In this document: in pieces, positions 45,847-64,000 of the stretch
How positions within the stretch are numbered: the stretch's first letter is position 1
Layout: the number at the start of each line of letters is the position of its first letter
Assembly: GCF_009914755.1 (NCBI RefSeq)
Contig: NC_060929.1
DNA length: 64,000 nt
Source of the DNA: the human T2T-CHM13v2.0 reference genome, Homo sapiens
Strand: one strand, 5' to 3'
Notes under the pieces: generated by a model
Seen by the model: only the letters and a program-made list of their open reading frames with translations
What the model was told of the DNA's origin: nothing
Databases searched by the model: none
Program-made: the position numbers and the translations under genes

Positions 45847-46487
45847 CTACAGATTCAATCCCTATCAAAATTCTAATCCCTATCACAATTCTAATGCTAT
45901 TCTTTACAGAAATAAATAGAAAAAGAGTCATAAAATTCATACAAAACCACGAAAAAAATCCAAATACCCAAAGCAATCTTGAGAAAGAAAAAGAATTCTG
46001 GAAACATGACACTCCCTAATTTCAAACTATATTATAAAGCTATAATAGTCAGAATAATATGATACTGGCATTAAAACAGACACATTGACCAATGAAACAA
46101 TAGACAGAGCCCAGAAATAAAACTATGTATACATGGTTAACTAATCTTTGAGAAGGGTACCAAGAACATACATGGAAAAAGGAAAGTCTCTTCAATAAGT
46201 GACGTTGAAGCTGGGTGTGGTGGCTCATGCCTGTAATCCCCGGACTTTGAGAGGCTGAGGCGGGTGGATCACATGAGGTCAGGAGTTTGAGACCAGCCTG
46301 GCCAACATGGCAAAACCCCATTTCTCTTAAAACATGCAAAAATTAGCTGGGCGTGCTAGTGCACGCCTGTGATCCCAGCTACTCAGGATGCTGAAGCAGG
46401 AGAATTGCCTGAACCAGCAGAGGCTGCAGTGAGCTGAGGTCACACCACTGCACTCCAGCCTGGGCAACAGAGTGAGACTCTGTCTCA

Positions 46488-46835
<348 letters not shown>

Positions 46836-47251
46836 TCACATGCAAAAAAAAAGAAATTGGACCCTTACATTATATATAAAAATTAACTGAAAATGACTTA
46901 AATGTAAGACTTGAAATATAAAACTCCCAGAAGAAAACATAGGAAAAGACTTCTTGATATTAGGGGAAAAGTTTCTTGACATTGGTCTTTATAATTATTT
47001 TTTGGCTGTGACACCAAAGCTCAGGCAATAAAAGTAAAAATAAACAAATGGAACTACATCAAACTAAACTGCTTCTGCGTAGCAAAGGAAACAACCAACA
47101 AAATGAAAAGGTAACCTATGGAATGAGGGCAAATATATGTAAACCTTACATTTGAAAAAAAGTCAATATAGGCCGGGCGCGGTGGCTCACGCCTGTAATC
47201 CCAACACTTTGGGGGGCTGAGGCGGGCAGATCACTTGAGGTCAGGAGTTCA

Positions 47252-47419
<168 letters not shown>

Positions 47420-47472
47420 TTAGGCCTGGGCAATGAAGTGAGACTCTGTCTCAAGAAAAAAAAAAAGGTTAA

Positions 47473-47998
<526 letters not shown>

Positions 47999-48261
47999 TA
48001 GAATGGTTATCAAAAAGACAAGGAACATGAACTTTTGGTAAGGGTGTGGAGAAAAAAGAACTTTTGTATATTGTTGGTGGGAATGTAAGTCAGTACAACC
48101 ATTATGAAAAAGAGTATGGAAGTTTCTCAAAAGTTAAAAATAGGGCCAGGTGTGGTGGCTCGCATCTGTAGTCCCGGCACTTTGGGAAGCTGAAGCAGGG
48201 GGATTGCTTGAGCCCAGGAGTTTGAGACCAGCCTCAGCAACATAGTGAGACCCCATCTCTA

Positions 48262-49932
<1,671 letters not shown>

Positions 49933-50574
49933 TTTTAAATAGAAATACCATACAATCCAACAATTCCACTTCTGAGTATATATCCAAAGGAAATGGAATC
50001 AGTATCTCAAAGAGATATCTGCATTCCCATGTTAATTGCAGCATTATTCACAATAGCCAAGATATGGAAACAACCTAAGTGTCCATGGATGGATGAATGA
50101 AGAAAATTTTGGTGTATATATATACAATAGGATATCATTCAAGCCAAGTAAAAGAAGAAAATCTTGTAATATGCAACAACATTGATGAAAGCAGAAGACC
50201 TTATGCTAAGTGAAATAAGCCAGACCCAGAAAGACACATAACGTATGATTTCATTTACTTGTAGAATCTAAAAAAGTCAAACTTATAGAAGCAGAGAGTA
50301 GAACGATGGTTGCCAAAGGCTGAGGAGTAGGAGAAATGAAAAGATGTTGATCACAGGATATAAACTTTCAGCTATAAGAAGAACAATTTCTGAGCTTGGC
50401 TCAGACCCCCACGTCTAAATAAAAAAAAAAGATGAACAAGTTCTAGGGATCTACTGAACAGCAAGGGTAGTGTTGAATGTGTTAATTTGATTGTGATAAT
50501 CATTACAAAATCTATACACATATATCAAATCATCATGCTGTATGCCTCGAGTATATACAATCTTTGTCAATTAA

Positions 50575-59149
<8,575 letters not shown>

Positions 59150-60632
59150 ACAGCATCTTTTCTTTCTTTTTTTTTTTTTTTTTTTAAGGTGTACACTTTT
59201 ATTCAACTGGTCTCAAGTTAGTGTACAGGTAAGTCCTGGCTGCATCCACGCACTTCCAGGGAGACCAAAAGCCTTCATACATCTTAAGTTGGGGGAAAAG
59301 AAATGGGGAGCCACGAAGGCTGATCATTCAAAATAAAACAAAATAAAAAAGTATTAAGGTGAAGATTTTTTAAAAATTGTATTACATAATTTACACGAAA
59401 GCAATGCTATCACCTCCCCTGTGTGGACTCCGGAGAGGACTGGGCCATTCTCCTTAGAGAGAAGTGAGGTGGCTTTTAGGAGGGCAAGGGACTTCCTGTA
59501 ACAATGCATCCCATGATATTTGGAATGACTATCAAAAAAAAGAACAACGTACAATCAAAGTCCTCGGCCACATTGTAGAACTTTGGGGGATGCTCGCTCC
59601 AACCGACTGCTGTCACCTTCACCGTTCCAGTTTTTAAATCCTGAGTCAAGCCAAAAGAAAACCCCAGCCACAAAAAAACAAAGTCACACCAATCTCATCT
59701 TGTTTTTAGTGCAAGTTAGGTTTTGTCAAGAAAGAGTGTAATGCAACTAAGTCACAGTCCACCTAGAAGCATTTGCGGTGGACGATGGAGGGGCTGGACT
59801 CACTGTACTCCTGCTTGCTGATCCACATCTGCTGGAAGGTGGACAGCGAGGCCAGGATGGAGCCTCTGATCCACACAGAGTACTTGCACTCAGGAGGAGC
59901 AATGATCTTGATCTTCATTGCGCTGGGCGCCAGGGCGGTAATCTCCTTCTGCATCCTGTTGGTGATGCTAGGGTACATGGTGGTGCTGCCAGACAGCACT
60001 GTGTTGGCATACAGGTCTTTGTAGATGTCCACATCCGACTTCATGATGGAGTTGAAGGTAGTTTCGTGGATGCCACAGGATTCCATGCCCACGAAGGAAG
60101 TTTGGAAGAGTGCCTCGGGGCAGCAGAACCACTTGTTGCTAATGGTGATGACCTGGCCATTGGGCAGCTTGTAGCTCTTCTCCAGGGAGGAGCTGGAGCC
60201 CACCATGGCCATCTCCTGCTCAAAGTCCAGGGGGATGTAGCACAGCCTTTTCTTGATGTCACACACAATTTCCTGCATGACTGTGGTGGTGAAGCTGTAG
60301 CCACACTGGGTGAGGATCTTCATGAGGTAGTCAGTCAGGTTCCGGCCAGTCAGGTCCAGACACAGGATGGTGTGGGGGAGGGGTGTACCCTTCATAGATG
60401 GGCACAGTGTTGGTGACCCCATCACCGGAGTCCATCACAATGCCAGCTATGGCCAGAGGCGTACAGGGACAGCACGGCCTGGATGGCCACGTATATGGCT
60501 GGGGTGTGAAGGTCTCAAACATGATCTAAGTCATCTTCTCGCAGTTGTCCTTGGGGTTCAGAGGGGCCTCAGTCAGCAACACAGCGTGCTCCTCAAGAGC
60601 CACACCCGGCTCGTTGTAGAAGGTGTGGTGTC

Positions 60633-62330
60633 CCTCTCCCTCTCCCTCTCCCTCTCCCCACGGTCTCCCTCTCCCTCTCTCCCCACGGTCTCCCTCTGAT
60701 GCCGAGCCGAAGCTGGACTGTACTGCTGCCATCTCGGCTCACTGCAACCTCCCTGCCTGATTCTCCTGCCTCAGCCTGCCGAGTGCCTGCGATTGCAGGC
60801 GCGCGCCGCCACGCCTGACTGGTTTTCGTATTTTTTTGGTGGAGACGGGGTTTCGCTGTGTTGGCCAGGCTGGTCTCCAGCTCCTAACCGCGAGTGATCC
60901 GCCAGCCTCGGCCTCCCGAGGTGCCGGGATTGCAGACGGAGTCTGGTTCACTCAGCGCTCAATGGTGCCCAGGCTGGAGTGCAGTGGCGTGATCTCGGCT
61001 TGCTACCACCTCCACCTCCCAGCCGCCTGCCTTGGCCCCCCAAAGTGACGAGATTGCAGCCTCTGCCCGGTCGCCACCCCGTCTGGGAAGTGAGGAGCGT
61101 CTCTGCCTAGCTGCCCATCGTCTGGGATGTGAGGAGCCCCTCTGCCTGGCTGCCCAGTCTGGAAAATGAGGAGCGTCTCTGCCCGGCCGCCATCCCATAT
61201 AGGAAGTGAGGAGCGCCTCTTCCCGACCGCCATCCCATCTAGGAAGTGAGGAGCGTCTCTGCCCGGCCGCCCATCGTCTGAGATGTGGGGAGCACCTCTG
61301 CCCCGCCACCCCGTCTGGGATGTGAGGAGCGCCTCTACCCGGCCGCGACCCCGTCTGGGAGGTGAGGAGCGTCTCTGCCCAGCCGCCCCGTCTGAGAAGT
61401 GAGGAGCCCCTCTGCCCGGCAGCCACCCCGTCTGGGAAGTGAGGAGCGTCTCCGCCCGGCAGCCACCCCGTCCGGGAGGGAGGTCGGGGGGTCAGCCAGC
61501 CGCCCCGTCCGGGAGGGAGGTGGGGCCGGGAGGGAGGTGGGGCGGGTCAGGCCCCCGCCCGGCCAACCGCCCTGTCCGGGAGGTGAGGGGCGCCTCTGCC
61601 CGGCCGCCCCTACTGGGAAGTGAGGAGCCCCTCTGCCCGGCCAGCCGCCCCGTCCGGGAGGGAGGTGGGGGGGTCAGCCCCCCGCCCGGCCAGTCGCCCC
61701 GTTGGGGAGGTGAGGGGCGCCTCTGCCCGGCTGCCCCTACTGGGAAGTGAGGAGCCCCTCTGCCCGGCTGCCACCCCGTCTGGGAGGTGTGCCCAGCAGC
61801 TCATTGAGAACGGGCCATGATGACAATGGCGGTTTTGTGGAATAGAAAGGGGGGAAAGGTGGGGAAAAGATTGAGAGGTTGGATGGTTGCCGTGTCTGTG
61901 TGGAAAGAGGTAGACATGGGAGACTTCTCATTTTGTTCTGTACTAAGAAAAATTATTCTGCCTTGGGATCCTGTTGATCTGTGACCTTACCCCCAACCCT
62001 GTGCTCTCTGAAACATGTGCTGTGTCCACTCAGGGTTAAATGGATTAAGGGCGGTGCAAGATGTGCTTTGTTAAACAGATGCTTGAAGGCAGCATGCTCC
62101 TTAAGAGTCATCACCACTCCCTAATCTCAAGTACCCAGGGACACAAACACTGCGGAAGGCCGCAGGGTCCTCTGCCTAGGAAAACCAGAGACCTTTGTTC
62201 ACTTGTTTATCTGCTGACCTTCCCTCCACTATTGTCCTATGACCCTGCCAAATCCCCCTCTGCGAGAAACACCCAAGAATGATCAATAAAAAAAAATAAA
62301 AAAATAAAAATAAAAAATAAAAAAAAAAAA
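60633..62330 (+). mobile_element. Full-length SVA retrotransposon (SVA_C/D-like)
   Basis: (CCCTCT)n head, antisense Alu-like domain, GC-rich VNTR (~61060-61790), HERV-K-derived SINE-R, AATAAA at 62285-62290 and an A-tail to 62330. Confidence 0.96.
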
Positions 62331-62550
62331 GAAACTATCCAATCCTCAGCCTGCTCGGCTGCTTACTCTGTTTCACCCATGCCTTCTGTGAAAACAACAG
62401 TAAAGGTTTTGCCCAGGCTTTTTCCTCATTCTGCTGCTTCCTGATTGACCTCGTTCTTCCCTGTGTGGCCCCTCATGGTGTGACATGCCCCGTTCTCTTG
62501 GAAACTGTAATAAACTTTTCTTTTAAAGGAAAAAAAAAAAAAAAAAAAAA
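62331..62550 (+). other. SVA 3'-transduced flank with a second poly(A) tail
   Basis: ~200 bp of non-SVA, non-ACTB sequence, AATAAA at 62509-62514 and poly(A) at 62530-62550. All lies inside TSD AGAAGGTGTGGTGTC (60618-60632 and 62551-62565). Confidence 0.92.
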
Positions 62551-62566
62551 AGAAGGTGTGGTGTCA

Positions 62567-63190
<624 letters not shown>

Positions 63191-63341
63191 AACAGCATCT
63201 TTTCATGTCCTTATTTGTCATTCATATATCTCCTCTGTTGAAGTGTTCTATTCAGATATTTTGTCCATTTAAAAAATTGAGTTCTTTTCCTATTGTTGCA
63301 TTTGAAGAATTCTTTATATATTGGATATATGTCCCTTATCA

Positions 63342-63868
<527 letters not shown>

Positions 63869-64000
63869 TTGGCCAAGTGCAGTGGCTCATGCCTGTAATC
63901 CCAGCACTTTGGGAGGCCGAGGTAGGTGGATCACCCGAGGCCCAGGAAATCGAGGCTGCAGTGAGCTGAGATTGCACCACTGCCCTCCAACCTGGGTGAT

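Noticed and set aside
59778-60416. 212-aa plus-strand ORF opposite the ACTB pseudogene
   Set aside because: Antisense shadow of the actin reading frame.
60959-61931. GC-rich ORFs and CpG-island-like composition
   Set aside because: This is the SVA VNTR, not a gene or a native CpG island.

Overview
Human (or close primate) genomic DNA, very Alu-rich. It holds the 5' end of SERINC5 on the minus strand. Exon 1 encodes MSAQCCAGQ (16274..16248) followed by a GTGAG donor, inside a CpG-island promoter (~15.7-16.9 kb); bases 1-16247 are intron 1. The upstream ~47 kb has no intact protein gene. It is a mosaic of Alu, L1, L2, MIR, DNA transposons, several ERV LTRs and three processed pseudogenes: a 3' fragment of RPL29 (~20.85-21.26 kb, +), KRT18 (~48.5-49.9 kb, +) and full-length ACTB (~59.2-62.9 kb, -). 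Four observations stand out. (1) A MER41 LTR with two intact tandem GAS/STAT motifs lies ~3.9 kb upstream of the promoter of this antiretroviral restriction factor. (2) A full-length SVA sits inside the ACTB retrocopy and carries a ~200-bp 3' transduction within a clean 15-bp TSD. (3) One TSD pair encloses both an Alu and the ACTB retrocopy. (4) A candidate 20-nt poison micro-exon lies in SERINC5 intron 1. I found no evidence of a novel multi-gene or CRISPR-like system. Repeat subfamily names come from remembered consensus sequences and need RepeatMasker/Dfam confirmation, and repeat boundaries are approximate unless a TSD is quoted.
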